A stretch of 64,000 bases of DNA, from the NCBI GenBank assembly GCA_046725875.1, contig JBKOZJ010000008.1:1-64000 (forward strand), given 5' to 3'. Shown here in pieces: positions 63,112 to 64,000 of this stretch. Origin of the DNA: Actinomycetota bacterium. GTDB taxonomy: Bacteria > Actinomycetota > Actinomycetes > JAKEEW01. The translations under genes and the position numbers were made by a program. Below the pieces are notes generated by a model. The model searched no databases and was not told the origin of the DNA. It saw only the letters and a list, made by a program, of their open reading frames with translations. Each line of letters starts with the position of its first letter. Within the stretch, counting starts at the first letter, position 1.

Positions 63112-63451
63112 GCGGGACGCCCTTCTGCACTTTGCGGGCACGACGACTAACCCCTGCCCCGTGAAGGTGGGGAGGGGTGTCAGCGTTCCAAGCGTACGCG
63201 GCCGCCCAACTATTCCCTGATCAGCCCCCGGATCAAGACCATGATCAGCAGCCCGCCGGCACAGGCGTTGGCCGTCCCGTGATCACCGAGCGTACGGGCC
63301 CGATCCGATCCCTGTACCCGCTGATTCTCGACGCCTAGACCGACACCTCAGCATTGCAGGCGCAAGGCCGGTGGGCCTGAGAGATCTCAATCACTGGCCC
63401 AGATGGCCTTCTGTCCTTGCATGTACGAGGTCATGCCCGTACTGTCCCCCT

Positions 63452-63865
63452 ATGGTTGCCACGTACAAGCCGGGCCAGGCGGCGGCCCTCCTCGGGGTCA
63501 GCGTCGACACGGTGCGGCGATGGGCGGACAGTGGGAAGCTCGAGACCCGCAGGACCGACGGCGGCCAGCGGCAGATCGACGGTGCGTCCCTAGCCCGCTT
63601 TCTGGCCGAGCAGGCGCCCGAGCAGGGGGACGAGGTCATCGTCGGGCGATCCGCACGGAACCGGTTCCCGGGGATCGTCACCTCGGTTGTGGCCGACGAG
63701 ATCGTCGCCAAGGTTGAGATGCAGGCCGGACCGCACCGCATCGTGTCGTTGATGACCGCGCAGGCCGCCACGGAGCTCGGCCTGGAGCCGGGCGTGCTCG
63801 CGATCGCCGCGGTCAAGGCCACGAACGTGGTCATCGAGGTTCCCGCACTGTCCGACCGCACCTAA
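63452..63865 (+). CDS. Excisionase/MerR-type HTH plus TOBE domain regulator (molybdate uptake regulator-like)
   Basis: AAALLGVSVDTVRRW.D.G, SARNRF.G.V, LGLEPG..A.A.VKATNV. Confidence 0.9.
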   Translation: MVATYKPGQAAALLGVSVDTVRRWADSGKLETRRTDGGQRQIDGASLARFLAEQAPEQGDEVIVGRSARNRFPGIVTSVVADEIVAKVEMQAGPHRIVSLMTAQAATELGLEPGVLAIAAVKATNVVIEVPALSDRT

Positions 63866-63922
63866 CCGAGCAGACCAGACCGGCGCAATCGACCGCCGCA
63901 CCGCACTTCGGGAGGAGCGCCG

Positions 63923-64000
63923 ATGCCCATTGCGCCCCGCGCGTGGCTCTTCTCAGTAGTGACATCGACGGCGGTCCTCGCGGCCTGCGGCGGGGATGGC
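63923..64000 (+). CDS. 5' end of a lipoprotein, probably molybdate-binding ModA (runs off the window)
   Basis: RBS GGAGGAG; MPIAPRAWLFSVVTSTAVLAAC lipobox; follows the TOBE regulator. Confidence 0.6.
   Translation, partial: MPIAPRAWLFSVVTSTAVLAACGGDG

Overview
High-GC actinobacterial chromosomal segment made mostly of conserved housekeeping genes. Gene order runs ychF-rmuC-ispH-xseA/xseB-glpX-fumC-phoH-cis-prenyltransferase ... mca-greA-ilvA ... htrA-mprBA-metB-msrA ... cbs ... tRNA-Leu(UAA)-cfa-ndh-udg-ppx-DUF501-ftsB-eno-mazG-surA-mfd-mod, which resembles the order I recall from Streptomyces/Frankia-like Actinomycetia (taxonomy is inference). The left 1.4 kb is the decayed end of an integrative element inserted in the ychF 3' end: a truncated IS110 with its non-coding right end, a VOC cargo gene and a broken tyrosine integrase. 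Other notable items: a LigD phosphoesterase fused to a ligase domain lacking its catalytic lysine, next to a divergent PRPP synthetase and an adenylation enzyme lacking its catalytic lysine; a bldA-type tRNA with an exact BldD-box match upstream; an ATP-type PEP carboxykinase; a probable ribbon-helix-helix protein with a palindrome at its start; an internally deleted NDH-2; REP-like repeats between eno and ftsB; and many apparently leaderless genes. No CRISPR array or rRNA was seen. All product calls come from motif recognition by eye; no database search was run.
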